From an uncultured Verrucomicrobiota bacterium (GTDB lineage: Bacteria > Verrucomicrobiota > Kiritimatiellia > CAIQIC01 > Lenti-01): DNA of 61,217 bases. The position numbers and the translations under genes are program-made. Where the stretch lies: NCBI GenBank assembly GCA_964399775.1, contig CAYNSH010000008.1:1-61217 (forward strand), given 5' to 3'. Below are positions 49,814 to 59,237 of this stretch, piece after piece. Position 1 is the stretch's first letter. Each line of letters opens with the position of its first letter. The notes beneath the pieces were generated by a model. That model was given only the letters and a program-made list of their open reading frames with translations, searched no databases and was not told the DNA's origin.

Positions 49814-51160
49814 TCAGACCCCAAGAACCCATCGTGCGATGGAGAAATAGATCAGCACGCCCAGCACATCCGCCATGGAGGTGACCAGAGGACCGCTGGC
49901 CGTTGCCGGATCTAAGCGGATTTTATACAGGCCAATCGGCAAAAGGGTCCCTAGCAGACTGCCGGTCACGACAACGGTCAGCATGCTCAGGGCGACCACA
50001 ATCGCCACTCTCCATCCGCCGCGCCAGAGACCCAGAAGAAATACCGCAAATGCCATCGCGCAACCCAGCCATACGCTCAATCCAATCTCTCTCAACAGCA
50101 GTCGCAACCAGTCGCGGGATTCGATCTCACCGGTGGCCATCGCGCGGACGACCAGCGTCGATGCCTGCGAGCCCGCGTTCCCCCCGCTGTCAATGAGCAG
50201 GGGAAGAAAAAACACCAGCGCAACCACCGCGACAATGGTCTCTTCAAAGACGCGAATTCCCGCCCCGGAAAAGACTCCCACCACCACCAGTCCCAACAGC
50301 CAGCCGATTCGTTTGCGAATCAGGAGCCCTGCCGTGGCGGCTTTGAAATCCATGCGCAGGGGGCGGACGGTGGCCAGGCGGTGAAAATCCTCCGTGTCCT
50401 CCTCCTCGGCAACATCCAGAATATCGTCCGCCGTCACAATCCCCAGAAGAATGCCGTCCGTGTCCACCACCGGGAGGGCGTAGACGTCATATTTCTTGAA
50501 CACATGGATGGCCTCTTCGCGATCCTGGAGGGAGGTTAAGCAGGCGGGTTGACGTTCCGTAAGATCGTCCACGGGGGTCGAGGGGTCAACCAGCAACAGC
50601 TTACGCAAGCGCAAGCCGGCTATGAATCGCCCCCCCTCATCCGCCATATAGATCATTTCCAGGATTTCCGAATCACCGCCCGTCCGCCGGATATGCTCCA
50701 ACGCCTCGCCGACCGTGCAATCCGGCCGAATCTTCACATAGCGGTCGGTCATGAGCCGGCCAACACTGCTCTGCGGATAGCTCAGCAGCGCCAGGGCTTG
50801 ACGGCGATCCCGCTCATCCAGAAGGGCCAGCAGGCGTTGGGTAACTTGGGCGGGGAGCTCATCGAACAGCGCCGTGCGGTCATCCGGCGATAACGTGGCC
50901 AGTACATGGCGGATATCTTCCTGGACCATGCCCTCCAACAGCCGGTTTTCCAGACGGCTATCCAGTAGAGAGAATACCTCATCGGCCAATTGCCGGGGCA
51001 GCATTCGAAAAAGTAGAAGACGATCCCGATCCTTTAGCGCCGACAGCAACTCGGCGATTTCGGGAGCCGGCTGGGTGGCCAGAAAGTCACGGACCTCGGC
51101 GAAACGCCCGCCTTCCAGCATTTCCAGAATATCGGGCAACAGCAGATGACGGAGGATCAT
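49814..51160 (-). CDS. mgtE: Magnesium transporter MgtE (copy 1)
   Basis: MgtE_N, YP..SVGRLMT, two CBS domains, RIGWL, FFLPLLI..GGNAGSQ, DPATASGPLVTSMADVLG. Confidence 0.95.
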   Translation of the reverse strand: MILRHLLLPDILEMLEGGRFAEVRDFLATQPAPEIAELLSALKDRDRLLLFRMLPRQLADEVFSLLDSRLENRLLEGMVQEDIRHVLATLSPDDRTALFDELPAQVTQRLLALLDERDRRQALALLSYPQSSVGRLMTDRYVKIRPDCTVGEALEHIRRTGGDSEILEMIYMADEGGRFIAGLRLRKLLLVDPSTPVDDLTERQPACLTSLQDREEAIHVFKKYDVYALPVVDTDGILLGIVTADDILDVAEEEDTEDFHRLATVRPLRMDFKAATAGLLIRKRIGWLLGLVVVGVFSGAGIRVFEETIVAVVALVFFLPLLIDSGGNAGSQASTLVVRAMATGEIESRDWLRLLLREIGLSVWLGCAMAFAVFLLGLWRGGWRVAIVVALSMLTVVVTGSLLGTLLPIGLYKIRLDPATASGPLVTSMADVLGVLIYFSIARWVLGV

Positions 51161-51431
51161 CGCCGGACTCGCTTTCGATGGATTGGCTGGGAGGGCTGCT
51201 CATGCAGAATGTATCGGCCTCCGGTCTCCGCCCCCCTTGGAGGAGAGGACATGCCGGAAGCAACTATTGATTCGATTGGCGATCATATGCCTGAACCGGC
51301 TCAGGAACAAGTCTGGAGTATCCCAATTGACCATCATCCGATGTTCGGGGAACTCATGCCCCCACCGGTCATTTATTGGCTTTTCACGGGCAGGCGTGGC
51401 ATCCTACTGTATAGATAGGAGTAGATCGGAC

Positions 51432-52553
51432 ATGGCCAGCACCTTTGGAACCCTTTTTCGCGTGACGACGTTCGGCGAGTCTCATGGCAAGGCCGTGGGC
51501 TGCATCGTCGATGGCTGCCCCTCGCGCATCCCGCTGTCGGAGGCGAACATTCAGCCGCAGTTGGACCGGCGACGCCCAGGGGCCTCCGCCCTGACCACGC
51601 CGCGCAAGGAAACGGACACGGTCACCATCCTGTCCGGCGTCGAGCGCGGACTCACTCTCGGCACGCCCATCGCCATGAGCATCCCGAATGCCGACACCCG
51701 TCCGGGCGACTATGCCGAAATGGAAACCATTCCCCGCCCATCCCACGCCGATTTCACCTATGCGGAGAAGTACGGCATGCGCGCGCGCTCCGGCGGCGGA
51801 CGCGCCTCCGCCCGGGAAACCGCCGCACGGGTCGCCGCCGGCGCACTCGCCGAAACCCTGCTGGCCGCCTGCCACCCCGTGGAAATCGTGGCTTGGGTCG
51901 AGTCGGTCGGCGACATCGTCGCGCCCCGCCCCGACTTGGCCGCCATCACCCGTCCCGACGTCGACGCTACGTTGATTCGCTGTCCCCACACCCCCACCGC
52001 CGAGCGCATGATCGCCCGCATCGAAGAAGCGCGCGATGCCGGCGATTCGGTCGGCGGCATCATCGCCTGCGCCTGCCGCGGCCTGCCGCCCGGATGGGGC
52101 GAACCGGTCTTCGATAAACTCCACGCCCTGCTCGCGCAGGCCATGATGTCGATCCCCGCCACGCGCGGATTTGAAATCGGCGAAGGGTTCGGGGCCACCC
52201 TCCTGCGCGGCTCCGCTCACAACGACCCCTTCGAAGCCCGCCCCGGCGGAGGCATCCGTCCCGCCACCAATCATTGCGGTGGCATTCAGGGCGGCATCTC
52301 CAATGGGAAGCCCGTATTCTTCCGCGTGGCCTTCAAGCCCGTCTCCACGATCTCCCGGCCGCAGCCGACCGTCGCGTTCGACGGCACCCCTGTCCTCTTT
52401 GAGGCCCAGGGCCGCCACGATCCCTGCGTCCTGCCCCGCGCCGTCCCGATCGTCGAATCCATGGCGGCTCTCGTTCTGGCCGATGTCTTCCTCCTGCAAC
52501 ACGTCCAGCTCGTTCCGCGTTTGGCTGAATCCACCAAGGAACCCCCATCATGA
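51432..52553 (+). CDS. aroC: Chorismate synthase
   Basis: TFG..FRVTTFGESHG, RRRPG, PRPSHAD, GGGRASARETAARVAAG, GGIQGGISNG, FKP.STI, GRHDPC. Confidence 0.96.
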   Translation: MASTFGTLFRVTTFGESHGKAVGCIVDGCPSRIPLSEANIQPQLDRRRPGASALTTPRKETDTVTILSGVERGLTLGTPIAMSIPNADTRPGDYAEMETIPRPSHADFTYAEKYGMRARSGGGRASARETAARVAAGALAETLLAACHPVEIVAWVESVGDIVAPRPDLAAITRPDVDATLIRCPHTPTAERMIARIEEARDAGDSVGGIIACACRGLPPGWGEPVFDKLHALLAQAMMSIPATRGFEIGEGFGATLLRGSAHNDPFEARPGGGIRPATNHCGGIQGGISNGKPVFFRVAFKPVSTISRPQPTVAFDGTPVLFEAQGRHDPCVLPRAVPIVESMAALVLADVFLLQHVQLVPRLAESTKEPPS

Positions 52554-53989
52554 AGAATCCCCTTTTTGTGCTCCTGCTGTTGATTCCATTGGCGGCCGGC
52601 GCCGCCAACCCGCGCTCCATTTCCATCACCATTCAGGAAAACGGGCGCGCCCAGATATCCGAGACCCATGATGTGCCGCCCCCCGATGCTTCCGGCACGG
52701 TCCGCATTGCCCCGGTTCCGTCCACGCTGTTGCCGACCTCGGTCAACGCCGATCCGGTGGAACGGGGGCAATCCATCGAGTTCCTGTCCCAGCGCTTTGC
52801 CTTCGATTTGCGCGATTCCGACTCGCTGTTCCGGGCCTATCTGGGGCGCGAAATCACCGCCCGCCTCGGCGACCGGACGCTTTCCGGACGACTGGCCAGC
52901 CTGCCCGACTGGGCGCTTTCCTCGCCCAGCCTGATGTTGGCGACCGATGGACAACCCGTGCAGTTGATCCCCAACCTGAACGACCTGGATTCTGTGGACT
53001 TCCCCCCGCAGCCGGATGTCGCCCGCATCCCCACGCTGCTGTGGCGGCTGTCCGACAGCCTGTCCGCCCCGGTTGCCGTGCGGCTCCATTACGCCGCCGA
53101 TGGATTGACCTGGAGCGCCACGCATGAGGCCATCCTGGCCCCCGATGGCCGTTCCATCGCACTCTCCACCCGCGCGCGGATCCAAAACCTCTCCGACCGG
53201 GAATTCGCCAATGCCCGCATCCGCCTGGCCCTGACGGACAAGGGGCGGCACGCGCCCCTCGTCCCTTCGCCCGGCGATCCCCGCGCCGACCGCACCACCC
53301 CCCTGCGCTATTCCGCCGATGGCCTCTCCTGGATCCCCGAGCGTGTCATGGCCTCCGCCTCCATTGTCGCCACCTACGACATCCCCCAGCCCCTCACCCT
53401 CCCCGTCGGCGGCGAAATCCGGGCCGGCCTGGCCGCCGCCGATTCCCTCGCCGTGGATACCCGTCACATCTACGATGGCGTCCGGTTCGACCGCTATCAA
53501 CGCAATCGCCGCACCGATTGGTCGCTCGGCACCGAGTTCTCCCCCGCCATCGAAACCCACCTCCTCTTTCGCAACCCCCTGGAACAGCCTCTGCCTCCTG
53601 GCGAATTCCGCCTGTTGCGCGGAAACGCGGAACGGGCCCTCGAATGGATCGGCAGCGACTGGCTCCCCCCCCTCGCCCCCGGCCAGGAGGCCCGCCTCAA
53701 CCTCGGCCCCGCCGCCGGACTCTCCGGCCAGCGCATCCGGACCGGCTACACGGAACTGGTCCCCTTCAAGAGCTCCGAAGAATCGTTTGAGATCACCTTG
53801 GAAAACCAGACCGAACAGGACCGCACGATCACCGTCGTCGAACATCTCTACCGCGGCGACTCCCATGAAATCGCCGCCGCCAACACCGAACACCAGCCGG
53901 GCGAAACCCCCAACTCGATCCGCTTTGAGGTTCCCGTCCGCGCCCGCAGCCAGCGAACCATCACCTATACCGTCCGCTACTCATGGTAA
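52550..53989 (+). CDS. DUF4139 domain exported protein
   Basis: Signal peptide, SITI..NG.AQI, Y...GLTWSA, IQN.S..EF, PLPPG, ITLEN, VVEH, I.Y.VRYSW. Confidence 0.75.
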   Translation: MKNPLFVLLLLIPLAAGAANPRSISITIQENGRAQISETHDVPPPDASGTVRIAPVPSTLLPTSVNADPVERGQSIEFLSQRFAFDLRDSDSLFRAYLGREITARLGDRTLSGRLASLPDWALSSPSLMLATDGQPVQLIPNLNDLDSVDFPPQPDVARIPTLLWRLSDSLSAPVAVRLHYAADGLTWSATHEAILAPDGRSIALSTRARIQNLSDREFANARIRLALTDKGRHAPLVPSPGDPRADRTTPLRYSADGLSWIPERVMASASIVATYDIPQPLTLPVGGEIRAGLAAADSLAVDTRHIYDGVRFDRYQRNRRTDWSLGTEFSPAIETHLLFRNPLEQPLPPGEFRLLRGNAERALEWIGSDWLPPLAPGQEARLNLGPAAGLSGQRIRTGYTELVPFKSSEESFEITLENQTEQDRTITVVEHLYRGDSHEIAAANTEHQPGETPNSIRFEVPVRARSQRTITYTVRYSW

Positions 53990-55023
53990 CGCCCCCCTCG
54001 CCCGTCGACTATAGCCCCCACCGACCGCGCCGGATCCTAATCTGCGGCCTGAGCTGGCTGGGCGATGCCATTCTCTCCATGCCCGCCATCCAGTCCTACC
54101 GCTGGGAGAATCCCGATGTCGATGTCACCCTGCTGACCAAGCCCGGCCTCCGCCCGCTCTGGCTCATGCATGCCACCCCCACCCGCATCCTCGACCTGTC
54201 GATGGATGCCGCCGGCCTCAAACCCCTCGCCCAGTCCCTCCGCGAACTGGATATCGAAATCGCCTATATCCTGCCCCACTCTTTCCGATCCGCTTTGCCC
54301 GCCTTCATGGCCCGCATCCCCCAGCGTATCGGCATGCCCGGGCATTTCCCGCGCGACTTCATGCTCACCGAACTCCGCCGGCCAGCCGGCGGACCGGGGC
54401 GCGCCCACCAGGTTTTCGAGTATCTGGACCTGTTCTTCCCCGGTGCCAACCGGCGCACCTACATGCCGCCCAGTCTCACCGTGCCCCCCCCCATGCTGGA
54501 GCACATGCACGACCGCCTCGAAGCGCTGCCCAAGCCTTGGATTTCCCTCTTGCCCGGCGCCGCCCGCGGCACATCCAAACAGTGGCCCACCGAGAACTAC
54601 GCATTGGCCGCCGCCAAACTCATGGCGGAAACCGGCGGCTCCATCATCACCCTGGGCACCGCCTCCGAGGCGAACGTCTGCCAGCAGGTCGCCGCCGCCG
54701 CGGCACCCAACGGACTCAACCTGGCCGGCAAGACCCAGCTCGAGGAATTGGCCGCCGTGCTGTCGCTGTCCTCCGCCGTGCTCTGCAACGATAGCGGCGG
54801 CATGCACCTCGCCGCCGCGCTGGGCACCCCGCTCGTCGGACTCTTCGGCATCACCAATCCCGAGCAAACCGGCCCGCTGGGCCGTCAGGTCCGGATTCTC
54901 CAGCGCTCCGATCTGCGCACCCGCGACGTCCCCCGCCGATCCTCCAGGGCCGAGAAGGCCCTGCGCGCCATCTCCGTCGATGACGCCGTCCAGTCCACCC
55001 TCGACCTTCTGCGTCGATCCTGA
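53983..55023 (+). CDS. waaF: LPS heptosyltransferase II (GT9)
   Basis: WLGDAILS.P, LPHSFRSA, PGAARG.SKQWP, NLAGKT.L, CNDSGGMHLAAALGTP.VGLFG.T.P. Confidence 0.88.
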   Translation: MVTPPSPVDYSPHRPRRILICGLSWLGDAILSMPAIQSYRWENPDVDVTLLTKPGLRPLWLMHATPTRILDLSMDAAGLKPLAQSLRELDIEIAYILPHSFRSALPAFMARIPQRIGMPGHFPRDFMLTELRRPAGGPGRAHQVFEYLDLFFPGANRRTYMPPSLTVPPPMLEHMHDRLEALPKPWISLLPGAARGTSKQWPTENYALAAAKLMAETGGSIITLGTASEANVCQQVAAAAAPNGLNLAGKTQLEELAAVLSLSSAVLCNDSGGMHLAAALGTPLVGLFGITNPEQTGPLGRQVRILQRSDLRTRDVPRRSSRAEKALRAISVDDAVQSTLDLLRRS

Positions 55024-55035
55024 CCGCCAGCCGCG

Positions 55036-55899
55036 TCACGCGCGGATTCGACGCCGAAGCCGAACCGTGACCTGGCTCGCGCCAAACCACGCCACCCCGC
55101 ATAGCACAATCGTTGGCCCCGTGGCCGTCCCCGCCCAATCCTGGGCGGATATCACCAACCCGGCAACCGCCGAGGTCACGCTGACCAGCAGCGCCCACCA
55201 GAACATCGGCCCCGCGGAGCGCGCAAAGTTACGCGCCGTGGCCGCCGGCACGATCAACAGCGCCGTCACCAGTAGCACCCCCACCGCCCAGACCGAAAAC
55301 ATCACCACCAGCGCCAGCAGCCCGGCAAATACATACTCATAGCCCACGGTTTTCACCCGGTGGGCCCGGGCCAGCGCCGGACTCAGCCCAATGTAAAGCA
55401 GCCGGTTGTAGCTCCAGACCTGGAACGCCGCCACCCCCGCAAACAGCACCAGCAACGCCGTCAGGTCCTGGGACGTAATCGTCAGGATGTCGCCATATAA
55501 AAACCGCTGCAAGTCCCGGGCCACCCCGCGATCGCGGCTGACAATCGCCAGCCCGAAGGCCATCACCGCCGCAAACACAACCCCGATAATGGTGTCCGAA
55601 GACAACGAGCTGCGCCGCTGCATCGCCATGATGGCCAGCCCCACCCCCAAGCCGAAAAGAGGCATCGTCCAGCCCGGATCCACCGCCAGGATCAGCCCCA
55701 GGGCCACCCCGGCAAACGCGGAATGGCTGATCGCATCGGCGAAAAAGGCCATGCGGAAGTTGACCACCTGCACCCCCATCGCCGCCGCCATCGGCGACAC
55801 CAGCAACAGCCCCAGCAACGCCTGCTGCATGAAGCGGACCTGCAAGATCTCAAAGGGAACCAGCCACCCCAGCCCGGCGCACATCGCATCCAGCATCAC
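55036..55899 (-). CDS. Metal (Zn/Mn) ABC transporter permease, ZnuB-like
   Basis: RMAFFADAISHSAFAGVALG, DTIIG, FLYGDIL, VGVLLVTALLIVPAATA. Confidence 0.9.
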   Translation of the reverse strand: MMLDAMCAGLGWLVPFEILQVRFMQQALLGLLLVSPMAAAMGVQVVNFRMAFFADAISHSAFAGVALGLILAVDPGWTMPLFGLGVGLAIMAMQRRSSLSSDTIIGVVFAAVMAFGLAIVSRDRGVARDLQRFLYGDILTITSQDLTALLVLFAGVAAFQVWSYNRLLYIGLSPALARAHRVKTVGYEYVFAGLLALVVMFSVWAVGVLLVTALLIVPAATARNFARSAGPMFWWALLVSVTSAVAGLVISAQDWAGTATGPTIVLCGVAWFGASQVTVRLRRRIRA

Positions 55900-56684
55900 G
55901 GTTCTCCCCGCGGACGGGTGGAACAATCGCAGGCCGTTTGGCCGTTGGGCATCGATCGCGCATCCGCCAGCCCCATGTGCAGGCCGAACACGGCGGATAG
56001 GTTGTCATGCGTCAACACCGCACGCGGCGGGCCCTCCGCCACAAAGACCCGGTTGATCAGGATCACATGGGTCGCGTGGTGGGTCACCGTCGCCAGGTCG
56101 TGGCTGACCATCAGTTGGGTAAATCCCCGCTCCCGGCGAAGCCGCTCCAGCAATTCGCAGAAGATCAGCCCGCCCTGCACGTCCACCCCCGCCGAGGGCT
56201 CGTCCAACACTAGCAACTCCGGATCCTGCTGCAACGCCAGCGCCAGAAGCACACGCTGCAACTCCCCGCCCGACAGCGCCCCCAATAGACGATCGGCCAG
56301 CGCGTCGGCCCGCACCTGCTCGAGCAATTCCATCGCCTCGCCGCGCAAGCGCCGGCGGGTTCCCAGCCATAGCGGCCGGCGCTGCCCACCCATCGTCAGA
56401 AAATCCATCACCGTCATCGGCAGCCCCCGGTCAAACGCCAGCCGCTGCGGAACATAGCCCATCCGCAGGCGCCGCCCCCTGGCGCCGGCCTCCATCCGGA
56501 TCTTCCCCGCATAGGGCACATCCCCCAGCAACGCCAAGAGCAACGTCGTTTTCCCCGCCCCGTTCGGCCCAACCACCGCCGATGATCCCCCCCGCGGCAC
56601 GCTCGCTGAAATGCCGTCCAACACCGATACGCCCCCCAGTCGCACCGAAACGTCTTCAAACCGAATGGCCGATGGGAACGTCAC
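55896..56684 (-). CDS. Metal ABC transporter ATP-binding protein, ZnuC-like
   Basis: GPNGAGKTT, GYVPQ, LSGGELQRV, LDEP, VSHD, C-terminal CDC. Confidence 0.92.
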   Translation of the reverse strand: MTFPSAIRFEDVSVRLGGVSVLDGISASVPRGGSSAVVGPNGAGKTTLLLALLGDVPYAGKIRMEAGARGRRLRMGYVPQRLAFDRGLPMTVMDFLTMGGQRRPLWLGTRRRLRGEAMELLEQVRADALADRLLGALSGGELQRVLLALALQQDPELLVLDEPSAGVDVQGGLIFCELLERLRRERGFTQLMVSHDLATVTHHATHVILINRVFVAEGPPRAVLTHDNLSAVFGLHMGLADARSMPNGQTACDCSTRPRGEP

Positions 56685-56712
56685 GATACGCGCCGGACTC
56701 CTCCCGCGAGGA

Positions 56713-57600
56713 TCAATCAACCGCACTGCCGATCTTGGCCCCCAACGCCGCCTCCGCAATGCTGCGCCCGTCGCGCAGGCGCGGCGTAACCCGCGGCACC
56801 CACATCATCCGGCGCTTCGCCCGCAGCACCATGTGGTGGTCGGGCAGGAAAAACAGCACCGCATCCAGCAGGTTCGCCAATCCAAACACCGGCCAGAAGA
56901 CCGCAAACACCCCGGCCGCCCGCCGCAACCGACGCTCATTCAGCGCCGCCGGCTCGCACGAGGCCGGGATCATCCCGGCAAACAAGTCGGCCAGCAGATT
57001 CGCCAACTCCGAAAAGAACCGCCCGTATCCCGCCGTCTCCTGAACGTCAAAACCATCTTTCAGCACATCAAAGAGCTCCGTCGGCGTGAAGCCCGGGCGA
57101 ACCATCGGACGAGTCGGATCGGTCAGCCCCGCCCAGCGGCGCAACAGCCCCGCCAAACTCCGACGCTTGCGCCGCACATGCAGGATCAACCGGGTCTTGG
57201 GCGCCAGCACCCGGTGCAGTTCCGCCATCAGCGCCGCCGGATCCTCCACATATTCCAGCACGTCGCTCGCCACCACCGCGTCAAACACCCCGTCCGCATA
57301 GGGCAGCGTCGGCAGTTGCACTTCCTGGATCTGTTCCATTCCGGCCTCGGACAACAAATCCGCCTGGGCCCCCGAAAGGGCCGCGCTATGCCACACCGCA
57401 CCCCCGCCCCCGCCAGCCCGCTGCATCGTTGCGCTCAGCGCATCATCCGAAGTCAAGGCCAGGATTTGCTGCCCCCCCGTCTTGTCCAGCAACCGCATCA
57501 AACGCGACAACAGCCGACGGCGCAATGGGGTGCGCAGAAAGATCTGCATCCGCCATTGCAAAGTCCCCTCGGCGTTCTCGGCTGTCCCGGCTTCGTTCAT
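56713..57600 (-). CDS. Class I SAM-dependent methyltransferase-like protein (Methyltransf_11)
   Basis: LPYADGVFDAVVASDVLEYVED....AELHRVL.P. The Gly-rich motif I is not evident. Confidence 0.7.
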   Translation of the reverse strand: MNEAGTAENAEGTLQWRMQIFLRTPLRRRLLSRLMRLLDKTGGQQILALTSDDALSATMQRAGGGGGAVWHSAALSGAQADLLSEAGMEQIQEVQLPTLPYADGVFDAVVASDVLEYVEDPAALMAELHRVLAPKTRLILHVRRKRRSLAGLLRRWAGLTDPTRPMVRPGFTPTELFDVLKDGFDVQETAGYGRFFSELANLLADLFAGMIPASCEPAALNERRLRRAAGVFAVFWPVFGLANLLDAVLFFLPDHHMVLRAKRRMMWVPRVTPRLRDGRSIAEAALGAKIGSAVD

Positions 57601-57771
57601 CTAGGCCTGCCACTATGCCCCATTGGTCCTCCGGTTGTCCAGCCCCTTGGCGCGACTTCCGCCTTGCCCGGCTTGCCCGATTGCGGCATGCTGGTCCTCG
57701 CGTGCGGGCCGTGTCCCGTCCGCACCCAGCCAAACTCCATCCAGCGCATCCACCGGAACCAGAGACCCACC

Positions 57772-59115
57772 ATGATTCTGCGTCATCTTCTTTTGCCGGA
57801 GATCGAAGAACTGCTCGAGGCGGGACAGTTGAACGAACTGCGCGATTTTCTCGTCCGCCAGCCCGGCCCGGAAATCGCCGAATTGCTGACCGCCCTGGCC
57901 GACAAGAACCGCGTCCTCATCTTTCGTCTCCTGCCGCGCCAACTCGCCGATGAGGTGTTCTCCCTCCTCGATCCTCCCGCCCAAAACCTGCTCATCCACA
58001 ACATGGCCAAGGATGAAGTCCGCCAGGTCATCTCCGCGCTCACCCCCGACGACCGTACCGCCCTCTTCGAGGAACTACCTGCGCGCGTCACCCAAAGCCT
58101 GCTCAGCCAACTCAGCGAGCATGACCGCAAGCAGGCCCTCGCCCTCTTGAGCTATCCCGAAGACAGCGTCGGCCGCCTCATGACCGATCGCTATGTCAAG
58201 GTCCGCCCGGAATGGGCCGTCGCCCAGGCCATGGAACACCTGCGCAAGGCCGGCCTCGACTCCGAAACCATCGCGATGATCTATATCACCGACGACAAGG
58301 GCCGCCTGACCGACGATCTGCGCCTGCGCAAACTGATCCTGGCCGATCCCAACGCCCGCGTCGCCGACCTGCTCGACGGTCATTTCGCCTGCCTTCAATC
58401 CCTTCAGGATCGCGAAGACGCCATCCATGTCTTCCAGAAATACGACCTCTATGCCCTGCCCGTGGTCGATGCCGACGGCATCCTCCTGGGCATTGTCACC
58501 GTCGACGACATCCTCGACGTGGCCGAGGAAGAAGCCACCGAGGACTTTCACAAATTGGCCACCGTCCGCCCCCTCCAGGTCAGCCTGAAAGACGCCACCC
58601 TCGGCCTGCTCTTCCGCAAACGCATCGGCTGGCTGCTGGGCCTGGTCGTCGTCAACATTTTTTCCGGCGCCGGCATCGCCTACTTCGAGGAAACCATCTC
58701 CGCCGTCGTCGCCCTGGTCTTCTTCCTGCCCCTGCTCATCGGCAGCAGCGGCAATGCCGGCGCCCAGGCCGCCACTCTGATCGTTCGCGCCATGGCCACC
58801 GGCGAAATCGAACGCGGCGACTGGTGGAAACTCTTCCTGCGCGAAATCGGCGTCAGCGCCGCCATCGGCATCGTCATGTCCATCGCCGTCTTTTTCCTCG
58901 GCTGGGGCCTCGGTAGCCTGCCCGTGGGCGTGGTCGTTTCCCTGAGCATGTTCACCATCGTCATCGCCGGCAGCCTCATGGGAACCGTCCTCCCCATGAT
59001 TCTCCAAAAGTTCAAACTCGACCCCGCCACCGCCAGCGCACCCCTCATTACCTCCATGGCCGATATCCTCGGCGTCCTCATCTATTTCTCCATCGCCACC
59101 ATGATCCTCCTGTAG
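57772..59115 (+). CDS. mgtE: Magnesium transporter MgtE (copy 2)
   Basis: Starts MILRHLLLPEI and is colinear with copy 1. GNAGAQ, DPATASAPLITSMADILG. Confidence 0.95.
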   Translation: MILRHLLLPEIEELLEAGQLNELRDFLVRQPGPEIAELLTALADKNRVLIFRLLPRQLADEVFSLLDPPAQNLLIHNMAKDEVRQVISALTPDDRTALFEELPARVTQSLLSQLSEHDRKQALALLSYPEDSVGRLMTDRYVKVRPEWAVAQAMEHLRKAGLDSETIAMIYITDDKGRLTDDLRLRKLILADPNARVADLLDGHFACLQSLQDREDAIHVFQKYDLYALPVVDADGILLGIVTVDDILDVAEEEATEDFHKLATVRPLQVSLKDATLGLLFRKRIGWLLGLVVVNIFSGAGIAYFEETISAVVALVFFLPLLIGSSGNAGAQAATLIVRAMATGEIERGDWWKLFLREIGVSAAIGIVMSIAVFFLGWGLGSLPVGVVVSLSMFTIVIAGSLMGTVLPMILQKFKLDPATASAPLITSMADILGVLIYFSIATMILL

Positions 59116-59134
59116 CCGGGTACCGCGGGATGCC

Positions 59135-59163
59135 TTGCCTCGCCCTCCCTCACCCGGTATAGT
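59135..59163 (+). promoter_or_regulatory. Putative sigma70 promoter
   Basis: TTGCCT-N17-TATAGT upstream of the gene at 59238. Confidence 0.6.
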
Positions 59164-59237
59164 GTTCCCATGTTCCGGCCAACGGTCAGCCTGCTCGAAT
59201 GCCCCGCCCCCGCTGGCGCCCATCAAAAGGAATCGCC

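Noticed and set aside
51161-51431. M-box (ykoK) riboswitch upstream of mgtE
   Set aside because: I could not recognise conserved M-box sequence here or at 57601-57771. An Infernal scan is needed to exclude it fully.
56611-57771. Apparent 387-aa N-terminal extension of MgtE copy 2
   Set aside because: It is antisense to the methyltransferase gene. The paralogue starts at the equivalent MILRHLLLP, which supports ATG 57772.
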